Shown here: in pieces, positions 46,210 to 55,010 of the stretch | Layout: each line of letters starts with the position of its first letter | Position numbering within the stretch: position 1 is the stretch's first letter | Assembly (NCBI GenBank): GCA_022707425.1 | Contig: JAKJAQ010000005.1 | Span: 10,988 to 74,987 of the forward strand | Reading direction: 5' to 3' | Length of the DNA stretch: 64,000 nucleotides | Source of the DNA: Candidatus Babelota bacterium | GTDB lineage: Bacteria; Babelota; Babeliae; Babelales; JACPOV01 | Position numbers and translations under genes: made by a program | Notes under the pieces: generated by a model | What the model was told of the DNA's origin: nothing | What the model saw: the letters and a program-made list of their open reading frames with translations, nothing else | The model's database searches: none

Positions 46210-47654
46210 GCGATTTTGATATATTTCTTAAGTTGTGGTGGCGTTAAACGCTTTAACTGTTGATAGGCAAGAATCATTCGCGAATTGCTCGAGAGCTTTT
46301 TTTTGTTGCAATACAAGAAGTGCCAATACAATGCATTCCATTGCTCACACCATGCAGCTTTTTTAAAATGTGTGCTCATGGTTTGAATATAATGCGATGT
46401 TGATATATATGGTTTGGTCATCATTAAACCACCATCAGCAAATTGACTCATACCAAAAATATTAGGTATCATCACCCAATCGTAAGCATCAATAAAAAGC
46501 TCCATAAACCATTGATGAACGGCTGAAGGTTTGGTTTGACGCAAAAGCATATAATTACCCAAAATCATAAGCCGTTCGATATGATGAGCGTATCCATAAG
46601 AGAGTATTTTCTTTATTGTGCTATCAATAGGTTCAATGCCGGTTGATCCATCCCACCACGCAGAAGATAGTTTCTGAGTATGATTGAAAAAATTGCTGTT
46701 TTGCTGTATTTCTCCATGAACTTGGTAGATGCCACGGACATATTCTCGCCATTGAAGAATTTGCCGGACAAATCCTTCAATGGAATTGATAGGGACTTTA
46801 TTTGTTGCACCGTATTTTACTGCTTTTTCAATGATAACATGAGGTATTAATAATCCTATATTAAGTAATGGTGAAAGAACTGAATGAAATAAAAATGGTT
46901 GTTCGTGGTTGATTGCGTCTTGATATTCACCAAATGAGCTAAACCTATTTTTTAAAAAATCATCAAACCATCGATCTGCATCGTTAAAAGTTACCGGATA
47001 ACAAAAATGATCAATAGTTCCAGGATTTTTCGGAAAATGTTTTTGCACATAATTGATCCCTTCGCGTACATATTTATTTTTTTTTGGCGTCCATAAAGGT
47101 GGAATGATCATATTTGGTGGGATCTTTTTTCGATTTTCTGTATCAAAGGTCCATTTGCCGCCGATTGGTTTTTCATTATGAGTTAAAATTGCAAATTGTT
47201 TGCGCTGTTTGACATAAAACGGATACATTCGAAAAGTTTTTTTGGCGCTAAATTGCTCCTGTACCTGAGTAGATGAAAGCATAAATGCAGGAGTATCATA
47301 TTTTTCTGTTTTAATACTGAGAATGCGACATATTTTTTTGAGTTGCCTTTCTACCGTGGTATCCACCGGGTCGATGTAAAGCAACTTGTCGATTTTTTGA
47401 TGTTTAAGTAGTTTTTCTAGCGACTCATTAAAGGTACAATAGGTGATAATATATTTTTTCTTTTTAAGATGGTCTTTATAAAATTGCATTGATGCGCGGT
47501 GCAACACAATTTTTGCTTTATGAAATGTGAATCGTGTAAAAAAATGCGGCGCTTCCCACATGATCATTGGAATATTTTTTTCGAATACCTGATGATATTC
47601 AAAAAGTTGATGCGGAAAAATTAACGCAGCTTCACAAAGTTGTTTTTTTTTCAT
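46155..47654 (-). CDS. Cryptochrome/photolyase-family protein of the FeS-BCP / (6-4) photolyase PhrB-CryB type (COG3046-like)
   Basis: N-terminus LIFPHQLF...FHKAKIVLHRASMQFYKDHL, then YAHHIERLMILGNYMLL and AYDWVMIPNIFGMSQFADGG..TKPYISTSHYI match that family as I remember it. About 500 aa. Confidence 0.8.
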   Translation of the reverse strand: MKKKQLCEAALIFPHQLFEYHQVFEKNIPMIMWEAPHFFTRFTFHKAKIVLHRASMQFYKDHLKKKKYIITYCTFNESLEKLLKHQKIDKLLYIDPVDTTVERQLKKICRILSIKTEKYDTPAFMLSSTQVQEQFSAKKTFRMYPFYVKQRKQFAILTHNEKPIGGKWTFDTENRKKIPPNMIIPPLWTPKKNKYVREGINYVQKHFPKNPGTIDHFCYPVTFNDADRWFDDFLKNRFSSFGEYQDAINHEQPFLFHSVLSPLLNIGLLIPHVIIEKAVKYGATNKVPINSIEGFVRQILQWREYVRGIYQVHGEIQQNSNFFNHTQKLSSAWWDGSTGIEPIDSTIKKILSYGYAHHIERLMILGNYMLLRQTKPSAVHQWFMELFIDAYDWVMIPNIFGMSQFADGGLMMTKPYISTSHYIQTMSTHFKKAAWCEQWNALYWHFLYCNKKKLSSNSRMILAYQQLKRLTPPQLKKYIKIAQSLSESSIHAELRNDIR

Positions 47655-49036
47655 GGCTTTGCATTTCGGTAGATGGTTTTTGCGCGTGCACTTTCTTTTT
47701 GATGATCAACCATTGGAGAAGGGTAATGAGTTGTATGTTGTGTAGATTGCTTTTGCCAAGCGTGAATAATTTCGGGAGAATATTTTTTTAATTCGGGAAC
47801 CCATTTTTTGATGTAAGAACAAGTGGGATCAAATTTTTTTTGTTGTAACCAGGGATTAAAAATACGAAAATAGGGTTGTGCATCGCAACCAGTCGATGCG
47901 CTCCACTGCCAATTGCCATTATTCACTGCAGGGTCATAATCCACCAACTGTTGAGCAAAATACTGTTCACCCAAGCGCCAATCAATATGCAAATCTTTGG
48001 TTAAAAACGATGCAACAATCATGCGCACACGATTATGCATAAAACCGGTAGCATTTAATTGCCTCATGCCAGCATCAACGATGGGGAACCCAGTTGTTCC
48101 AGTACACCAGCGCATAAAATCTTTTTTGTTAGGATTCCATGGAAGCGAATCATATTTTTTGTGAAACGCATGTCCAAATACAAATGGTGAATGATACGCT
48201 ACGTGTGTAAAAAAATCACGCCAATACAATTGACGTAACAAAGGATGCTGAATCCCAAGTATTTTACTCATTGCGTTATGCACTGTTCGTACCGATACGG
48301 TGCCAAATTTTAAATGCGCAGAAAGATTCGTGGTAGGAATGGATGGAAAATCGCGTTGTTTTTGGTAGTTAATATATGTTTTAAGCGATTTCAATAGAGT
48401 ACGCGCATTTCTGCTACCACCATGCACATGAATTTGGGTATTAATTTTCGGCATTATTTTTTTAAACACATCTTTAGCACGCTGAGATTCATTAATTTTT
48501 TTTTGATAAAAATCAATAGCCGGTAAAATATCTGGCTTTTTTATAGGATGGTAAAGTGATGCTTTTAAAAATGGCGTAAAAATGCTATAAGGAGTGCCAT
48601 CTTGTTTAAGAATTTCTTCAGGCTCATTGAGTAATGCATCACCATATTGTTCAAATATCGCTTTATAGTGAATACATAGTTTTTTTATTTTTTCATCACG
48701 TTTGATGCTGAAAGGTGTATAATCACGATTCGTGAAAATGGCATCAATGGTGATTTTTTTTAGCAGGTGTTCAACAACGCGATCAGTTGTTCCATAAAAA
48801 AGATAGAGACTGCCATTTTTTTTCTTGAGTTGTTCATTAAGATCTTGAATTGATTCAATCATAAATTGAATTGCGTTGCTACTGCGAAATGGATTGTTTG
48901 GGCCAATTTGTTGTGTATCAAAAATGAAACAAGGAAGTATGCAATGAGCTTTTTTTGCTGCAGCAATAAGAGCGGTATTATCTTCGAGTCGAAGATCACG
49001 ACGAAAAATAAAGAGTGCTGTTTGATATTGTTTCAT
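47651..49036 (-). CDS. phr: Deoxyribodipyrimidine (CPD) photolyase
   Basis: ALFIFRRDLRLEDNTAL, LYWRDFF, TGFPIVDAGMRQL..TGFMHNRVRMIVASFL, and DYDPAVNNGNWQWSASTG.D..PYFRIFNP. Confidence 0.93.
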   Translation of the reverse strand: MKQYQTALFIFRRDLRLEDNTALIAAAKKAHCILPCFIFDTQQIGPNNPFRSSNAIQFMIESIQDLNEQLKKKNGSLYLFYGTTDRVVEHLLKKITIDAIFTNRDYTPFSIKRDEKIKKLCIHYKAIFEQYGDALLNEPEEILKQDGTPYSIFTPFLKASLYHPIKKPDILPAIDFYQKKINESQRAKDVFKKIMPKINTQIHVHGGSRNARTLLKSLKTYINYQKQRDFPSIPTTNLSAHLKFGTVSVRTVHNAMSKILGIQHPLLRQLYWRDFFTHVAYHSPFVFGHAFHKKYDSLPWNPNKKDFMRWCTGTTGFPIVDAGMRQLNATGFMHNRVRMIVASFLTKDLHIDWRLGEQYFAQQLVDYDPAVNNGNWQWSASTGCDAQPYFRIFNPWLQQKKFDPTCSYIKKWVPELKKYSPEIIHAWQKQSTQHTTHYPSPMVDHQKESARAKTIYRNAKP

Positions 49037-49039
49037 TAT

Positions 49040-49414
49040 TTATAAAAGTTCGCGTAATTTGATCAATTTTTTTTGGAGAATAACAATTTGTTGAGCAATT
49101 GATTCTGGCATTATGGTAGTTGGTTCTTGATGAATTACAAAACTTGTTTTTGCAGATGCGGTAATGTTTGTGAGTGGTTCTTGTTCATCAAGCAATTTTT
49201 TTGCACCGGCGATGGTAAATCCTTGGCTGTAAAGCAGTTCCTTGATTCGTTTGAATCGTTCGATTTCATATTGTTCGTAGCATCGCTGGCCGCCGATTGA
49301 ACGAGAACAACTTAAGCCAAATTCTCTTTCCCAGAAGCGAATAACAAATCGCTTTACATTGAGTTCCTTGGCAACATGGCCAATTCGGTATTGTTTTCTT
49401 TGTCTATTCATCAT
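49040..49414 (-). CDS. MerR-family transcriptional regulator
   Basis: The helix-turn-helix YRIGHVAKELNVKRFVIRFWEREFGL, followed by a coiled-coil tail. It is the first gene of the photolyase operon. Confidence 0.85.
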   Translation of the reverse strand: MMNRQRKQYRIGHVAKELNVKRFVIRFWEREFGLSCSRSIGGQRCYEQYEIERFKRIKELLYSQGFTIAGAKKLLDEQEPLTNITASAKTSFVIHQEPTTIMPESIAQQIVILQKKLIKLRELL

Positions 49415-49533
49415 ACATCCCTTTATATGAATTTAATACCGTACTTGTTTTGAGCTAGCTGAACTTCTTCTTATCTGGTACACTAACAAAAAAATGCTTA
49501 CAAATACTATTGTTTTGGTTCAAGGTATCACAG

Positions 49534-51096
49534 ATGAAATTTAGAGAAATTTTTATTGCGTTTACATTGGCAGTGATTACTGCAGCAGCTTTACAGTTTT
49601 TTTTGGGTCGTTATACAACTTCCGACAATGGTGAGATTACACGGTCGGGACAACGATTTAGTGCACCAAAATCTACTGATATGCAAATGTATAAACCGTT
49701 AAACTTGGAAGTAGATTTTACTGATATTAAAAGTACCAAGCAGCCGATTGTTACTGTGCTCAAAACAGATCATGCACTGTATGAATTTACTACTGATGGT
49801 GCTGCATTGAGTCGTTTAGAATTTACGCGCAATTATGGTGGCAAAGAGCAATTAATTAGCACTGTTTTCCCACCTGCAGCAACTGATCGCGAACGAAGCT
49901 GTTTTCTTGTTGCACTTGATCAACAAACGCCCTATGTTTTTGAATTTGTCGATCAACAAGAAAATGATCAAATGTATTCGCTCAGCTATAAGGCATCCAT
50001 AAATAATGGCGCATTACTAAAAAAATTTAATGTGTATAAACATGAACATCGCATCGATTTGGAAGTAGCTCTTCAATTGGCGCAGGGCGCTCCAGCAAAC
50101 CAAGCACGCATTTTCATTCCAGCACCACTTGTTCCTGAGCTTGCAGGAGAAGATGCAGTGACTGGTCTTGCAAATGATGATCGCAATAAAATTTTAATTT
50201 TGCCACGTACTGCTGAAACTACTTCATCTTATTGGTCCCGACCGACACTTTTTGGAGCACAAGATCGCTATTTTGTGCATGCGATGGTGAACGATCAACA
50301 ACAATTTACACAACGTGGTTATTTTAAAGCGATTGATCTGGAAGGTTGGTTTGCTATTCTTGAAGGTCCTCAAGTTACAACCGATAGCTCATGGAAGTTG
50401 ACTTTTTTTATGGGACCAAAAGAAGATCATGCAATTAATCAAGTTGATAGTCGCTTGGAACAAACGCTTAATTATGGTTTCTTCTCATTTATCTCAAAAC
50501 CGCTCTCAAAATTAATGTTGCGCGCGCTCGATTTGATTTATGGTGTTGTGCATAACTATGGTTGGGCAATTATTATTTTGACCATTTTGCTTAAATTGCT
50601 TTTGTTACCATTCACTTGGCGTGGTGAACAAAGTATGAAGTTACGTTTAGAATATCAAAAGAAGCTTTCGTATATTGAGTCAAAATATAAACATGATAAA
50701 GAAACATTGGCACATGAACGTGCAGAATTAGTGCGCAAATATGGAATGCCAGGAATGGCAGGATGTTTGCCGGTACTGTTACAATTGCCAATATTTTGGG
50801 CATTGAGCATTGTTCTTGCTAACTCAATTGAACTGTATAAAGCGCCGTTCTTGTGGATACCAGATTTATCTGCGCGTGATCCGTATTATATTTTGCCTGT
50901 TCTGGTCGCAATAGGAATGGTTTTACACGCACCGGCAATTGCTGATACAAAACAACGGCTTTCATCAGTTGCAATGGCATTGTTAATCGCAGCGCTTATT
51001 TCAAGTTTCTCAAGTGGTTTAGCTCTCTTTACCGTAGTGAGTACATTCTTGGGTGTTGCACAAGCACAACTTATGAAAGTTATGAAGCATGATTGA
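49534..51096 (+). CDS. yidC: Membrane protein insertase YidC, long form with a periplasmic P1 domain
   Basis: An N-terminal TM helix, a periplasmic region of about 300 aa, then the 60-kDa insertase core (GWAIIILTILLKLLLLPF...QKK....PGMAGCLPVLLQLPIF.AL). I prefer the ATG at 49534. Confidence 0.92.
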   Translation: MKFREIFIAFTLAVITAAALQFFLGRYTTSDNGEITRSGQRFSAPKSTDMQMYKPLNLEVDFTDIKSTKQPIVTVLKTDHALYEFTTDGAALSRLEFTRNYGGKEQLISTVFPPAATDRERSCFLVALDQQTPYVFEFVDQQENDQMYSLSYKASINNGALLKKFNVYKHEHRIDLEVALQLAQGAPANQARIFIPAPLVPELAGEDAVTGLANDDRNKILILPRTAETTSSYWSRPTLFGAQDRYFVHAMVNDQQQFTQRGYFKAIDLEGWFAILEGPQVTTDSSWKLTFFMGPKEDHAINQVDSRLEQTLNYGFFSFISKPLSKLMLRALDLIYGVVHNYGWAIIILTILLKLLLLPFTWRGEQSMKLRLEYQKKLSYIESKYKHDKETLAHERAELVRKYGMPGMAGCLPVLLQLPIFWALSIVLANSIELYKAPFLWIPDLSARDPYYILPVLVAIGMVLHAPAIADTKQRLSSVAMALLIAALISSFSSGLALFTVVSTFLGVAQAQLMKVMKHD

Positions 51097-51688
51097 TCAA
51101 GTGCCAACACTTGCGCAGTTAGTTAAACAATTACAACAAATTCCCTATTTGGCATCTAAAAATGTATACCGAGTTGCGCATTATTTTTTGATGCTTGATC
51201 AAGCTCGTGTGCAGCAACTCTGCAAAATTATTATTGATGCAAAAATGCAAGTTATAGCATGTCAAACGTGTTTTGTGTGGAAAGAAAAAGAGCGTACTTG
51301 TCCATTTTGTGATTCAAAGCGAAGAGATATAACAGTTATTTGTGTCGTTGAAACATGGCAAGAATTGATGGCTATTGAAAAAACCGGTGGCTATCAAGGG
51401 TTGTATCATATTCTTGGTGGTGCAATTTGCCCACTAAATGGAATCGGGCCAGAAAATTTAACGATTGATCCATTGATAAAGAGAATTAATGAGTCGGTCC
51501 GTGAAATAATTTTAGCAACCAATCAGACACCTGAAGGTGAAGCTACCGCTTCGTATATTGCTTCAAAATTGAAAGATCGATCGCTTAAAATTTCATGTTT
51601 GGCGCGTGGTATTCCAGTAGGATCAACACTTGAATATATGGATCGCGTAACTGTATTTAAAGCGCTATCTGAACGACGACCGTTTTAG
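51089..51688 (+). CDS. recR: Recombination protein RecR
   Basis: An HhH N-terminus, the C4 zinc finger CQTCFVWKEKERTCPFC, and a Toprim region VICVVE...IILATN.T.EGEATA.Y. It overlaps yidC by 8 nt. Confidence 0.93.
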   Translation: MIDQVPTLAQLVKQLQQIPYLASKNVYRVAHYFLMLDQARVQQLCKIIIDAKMQVIACQTCFVWKEKERTCPFCDSKRRDITVICVVETWQELMAIEKTGGYQGLYHILGGAICPLNGIGPENLTIDPLIKRINESVREIILATNQTPEGEATASYIASKLKDRSLKISCLARGIPVGSTLEYMDRVTVFKALSERRPF

Positions 51689-51689
51689 C

Positions 51690-51887
51690 TTATTCAGGAA
51701 AATCGGCACATTCACGTACTGAACCGTCCTGTCCAGATAGTAAACAACCGTTACATTGGATGCAACATTCTCGATCTACAAATCTACCTTGTTTACAACA
51801 TTCTTCACAATTTACTGCTTGCAAGGCAGGGATATTTACTATAAAAATTGTCGTCAAAAATAATAATAGTGCTGTTAATTTCTTCAT
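51690..51887 (-). CDS. Secreted cysteine-rich mini-protein (about 41-aa mature region, 8 Cys)
   Basis: An AGGAG Shine-Dalgarno sequence lies 8 nt upstream. The signal peptide MKKLTALLLFLTTIFIVNIPALQA is followed by VNCEECCKQGRFVDRECCIQCNGCLLSGQDGSVRECADFPE. Confidence 0.55.
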   Translation of the reverse strand: MKKLTALLLFLTTIFIVNIPALQAVNCEECCKQGRFVDRECCIQCNGCLLSGQDGSVRECADFPE

Positions 51888-51944
51888 GAGCAGCTCTCCT
51901 TTTTTTAGGTTATTCTTTATCGTAATAAATTGAGCATGAAAAAA

Positions 51945-53129
51945 TCAACAATTTTGATGGTCAATTTTGGTCTTTTTTGCGATCTGGTCGATGTTTGGGT
52001 AATTGAACTCGGTTGTTGTTCCTGCCAGAAGGAGTGACGGTTGATTTTCGCGTGAGTTGTGTTGTTCATGTTCTATGAATGCTTGCGAGATTTTTTTTTC
52101 GTATTCAGTTTCAGGATAGATAGCAATAATATTAAATACTTCTTTAATAAATTCGTTAATGGTTCCGCTTTCTTTTTCGAGTGATGTTGATTCACACAAT
52201 TCTAATTTTCTTTTGTTACTGACAATTGAGGGTTCGTAATTTTTTATGAGTGGTTCATACGAATTAGACACAGTGAATGTTCGCATGCTGGTAAGAATAG
52301 TGCAAGAGATGGGAAGTTTTTGAAACTGTGTTATGCGGCATGCGGGACTATAACATGAATCAATTGCTACTAAACAATGTGGATGGTATCTATTGAAATG
52401 ATCTATTATTTTTGAAATATTAGTTTGCATGAGTCCTGCAATGCGCGGTATTTCACTTGAGGTTTCATTTCCATGTCCCGTGAAATAGATTTTTAAAGGG
52501 TGTTGTTGCGGTGAAATGATAAACCTATCTAAGTTATTTATCCATTCGTTCGTATTATCCGAAAGTTTATAATACAGCGGAGCGAGCATGTGTTTAAATT
52601 CATGCGTGTTTATGACAGTTTGAGGTATGCCACATTTTTTAATATAAACGAGACCGATGTTTGAATCGTACGCGGTCCATTCATCTTGTTTAAAAGCAAG
52701 AACAAGATTTAATTTTTTTCTTATTTTTTTTGACTTAATTGCAGATTTTGTTTGATTTGTTGTCTCATCAACTGAAAACGGCTTGTAATTTTCTATTTTA
52801 ATTTGTGAAGAGGGTTGCGTAATTGCATATCGTTCATAAAGATACCGTTTTGAATTTAAATTTTTTGTGGCAAATCGTTGCCAAAGACTATAGGGAACAA
52901 AAATATGCGCATAATTTTTGCGGAGTAACGCATGAAGGAAATCATAATAAATTGCCTTTTTTTTATCTTGGGTTTCATAATCGATAATTTTTGTTGTCAT
53001 TTGACTGGTACTGATAAAAAATGCGATCGAATTATGACCACCATGATTCATACCATGAAGGGGTAGAACGTGAAAAAATATGATGTTCAAAAAATAATGA
53101 CAACTAAGAATGGCGTATTTTTTTTTCAT
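51945..53129 (-). CDS. Hypothetical secreted protein with a caspase-like (clan CD) His/Cys dyad pattern
   Basis: I trimmed the ORF to MKKKYAILSCHYFLNIIFF (hydrophobic N-terminus). KIYFTGHG (His codon at 52473-52475) is followed 40 residues later by LVAIDSCYS (Cys codon at 52353-52355). Each motif follows a hydrophobic strand, as in caspase/metacaspase folds. Confidence 0.4.
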   Translation of the reverse strand: MKKKYAILSCHYFLNIIFFHVLPLHGMNHGGHNSIAFFISTSQMTTKIIDYETQDKKKAIYYDFLHALLRKNYAHIFVPYSLWQRFATKNLNSKRYLYERYAITQPSSQIKIENYKPFSVDETTNQTKSAIKSKKIRKKLNLVLAFKQDEWTAYDSNIGLVYIKKCGIPQTVINTHEFKHMLAPLYYKLSDNTNEWINNLDRFIISPQQHPLKIYFTGHGNETSSEIPRIAGLMQTNISKIIDHFNRYHPHCLVAIDSCYSPACRITQFQKLPISCTILTSMRTFTVSNSYEPLIKNYEPSIVSNKRKLELCESTSLEKESGTINEFIKEVFNIIAIYPETEYEKKISQAFIEHEQHNSRENQPSLLLAGTTTEFNYPNIDQIAKKTKIDHQNC

Positions 53130-53184
53130 GAATTCAGTACACTTAATAATGATGTTTTGAATAATAATGCTCACAAGGAATTCT

Positions 53185-54516
53185 ATGCCGATTGTTGAAA
53201 AACATGATACGGTTTTTTTTAAAAATCGTCGAGAACAGTTAGTAGATTTGATTAAGAAACAATATCCCGATGCAAACAACGGTATTGTTTTATTGTTTGG
53301 TTCGTTTGAGTCACATGCCGTATTTAAACAAGAACGTTCATTTTTTTATCTGACCGGCATAGAAGAACCAGCAACTGCGTTAATGATTGATCTTGAAAAT
53401 AAAAAAACAACGCTGTTTGTCCCCAATTATGCGCAAGAGCGTGCAAAATGGGCATCTTCGGCGATATTTGCTGAACAAAAAGAACGATTTGGCTTTGATG
53501 AACTCATGTATTTAGGACAAGAATGCAAAGGATATCAATGCCATCCTTTTTTTACCAAAGAACAATATCACAATCTACTGGTGATCATTGATGAATGCGT
53601 TAAGAATAAGAAACCAATTTACACACTTAATCCGCAAACAGTTTCAGGTTATGTGGAGCAACGATTTATATTGCAAAGAATTGCGCAATTAATTTCAGGT
53701 TTTAATTCACAATTAATTGATATTTCGCCGCTTGTAGCTCGTTTACGTCGCACAAAATCTCGTCAAGAAATTGAATATATTTACAAAGCAATTGATGTAA
53801 CTATTGATGCACATGATGCAGTTGCACGCGCAATAAGTGCTGATAAGAAAGAATATGAAATTCAAGCTTTGCTTGAGTATATGTTTACGGTACGCGGCTG
53901 TTCGATTGCATTTCCAAGCATTGTAGCGTCTGGAAAAAATGGCACTGTTTTACATTACCATCAAAACAATGCAACGCTACAAAATGGTGAATTAGTGGTT
54001 GTTGATATTGGTGCAGAATATAATTATTATTGCGCAGATTTAACCCGTACATTTCCCGTTTCAGGTACATTTTCAAAGCGACAACGTGAACTTTATATGA
54101 TTGTTCTTGAAACGCAAGAACATATTGCCCAGCTAGCACAGCCAGGTATGTGGATTTCTAATAAAGAGTATCCTGAAAAATCGTTGATTCATTTGGCGCA
54201 CAAATTTTTAGACAAGTATGGGTATGGCAACTATTTTGTTCATGGTATTGGACATTTCTTGGGTCTGGATGTGCACGATGTTGGAGATTATTCGCAACCA
54301 TTACAACCAAATGATGTAATTACTATTGAACCAGGTATTTATATTCCTGAAGAAAAGATAGGAATTCGCATTGAGGATAATTATTGGATTGTAGAAGGCG
54401 AAGCGATCTGCTTAAGTGAGGATTTGCCCAAAGCACCAGATGATATTGAATTAGCAATGGCAAATACTTCGAATGAAGAAATAAATAACGAAGAGATTCA
54501 AGAACAAGAAAATTAA
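53185..54516 (+). CDS. pepP: Xaa-Pro aminopeptidase (M24B)
   Basis: VVDIGAEYNYYCADLTRTFPV, HGIGHFLGLDVHD, IEPGIYIPE and IRIEDN metal-ligand blocks. The ATG at 53185 follows AAGGA. The C-terminal tail is acidic. Confidence 0.9.
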   Translation: MPIVEKHDTVFFKNRREQLVDLIKKQYPDANNGIVLLFGSFESHAVFKQERSFFYLTGIEEPATALMIDLENKKTTLFVPNYAQERAKWASSAIFAEQKERFGFDELMYLGQECKGYQCHPFFTKEQYHNLLVIIDECVKNKKPIYTLNPQTVSGYVEQRFILQRIAQLISGFNSQLIDISPLVARLRRTKSRQEIEYIYKAIDVTIDAHDAVARAISADKKEYEIQALLEYMFTVRGCSIAFPSIVASGKNGTVLHYHQNNATLQNGELVVVDIGAEYNYYCADLTRTFPVSGTFSKRQRELYMIVLETQEHIAQLAQPGMWISNKEYPEKSLIHLAHKFLDKYGYGNYFVHGIGHFLGLDVHDVGDYSQPLQPNDVITIEPGIYIPEEKIGIRIEDNYWIVEGEAICLSEDLPKAPDDIELAMANTSNEEINNEEIQEQEN

Positions 54517-54520
54517 AAAA

Positions 54521-54560
54521 AATGAACGGAGCATTGTTTCCCATGCTCCGTTCATTTTAG
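54521..54560. terminator. Bidirectional hairpin terminator between convergent genes
   Basis: A 14-bp stem AATGAACGGAGCAT / ATGCTCCGTTCATT with an 8-nt loop. An A8 tract lies upstream (a T-tract for the minus-strand gene) and TTTT follows downstream. Confidence 0.65.
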
Positions 54561-54576
54561 GTTGTGAAATAAATCT

Positions 54577-54936
54577 TTAGCAGTGTGCTGCCTTCATTTT
54601 TTCAAAAAATGCAATTGCGTCTTTAGAGCCAAGTGCTAAAACAGCAAAACCAAGTGCTAATCCAGCACCAAATATTTTGCCACTTGTTTTTTTACTTGTA
54701 ATAAGTTTATAAATTCCCATTATTGAACCAGCTGCACCAATAGTTGCAATTGCTGCTACGCGGGGATCATTATCATTTGGTGTAAACCATTTATGCGAAA
54801 TATAATTTTTTGCACTTTCAAGTTTTTCTAATTGTTGTTCTGAAAGAAAATCTTTGAAAGATGCAGATTCTGCTGGTTGATTGTGGACCAATGCACTACC
54901 GAGTAATAAGGCCATTGATAAGTGTCGAATATTCAT
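54577..54936 (-). CDS. Hypothetical small secreted/membrane protein
   Basis: A signal-peptide-like N-terminus and two Gly/Ala-rich hydrophobic segments. I recognise no family. Confidence 0.45.
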   Translation of the reverse strand: MNIRHLSMALLLGSALVHNQPAESASFKDFLSEQQLEKLESAKNYISHKWFTPNDNDPRVAAIATIGAAGSIMGIYKLITSKKTSGKIFGAGLALGFAVLALGSKDAIAFFEKMKAAHC

Positions 54937-55010
54937 AATTCCTCCATTGATAAAATTCTCTATTTACTCTACCAGAACTGCGAAATTGAACAATAGGTGG
55001 TCAATTTTTA

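Noticed and set aside
49415-49533. A MerR-type operator in the merR/yidC divergent region
   Set aside because: Only an 8-bp palindrome (AGCTAGCT, 49453-49460) is present. The flanks do not extend the symmetry, and I could not define a convincing promoter with a 19-20-bp spacer.
53130-53279. A 50-codon upstream extension of the caspase-like ORF, which would overlap the pepP start
   Set aside because: The internal Met gives a typical K-rich, hydrophobic export signal. The extension would overlap the divergent pepP coding start, and it is Cys/Ile-rich noise.
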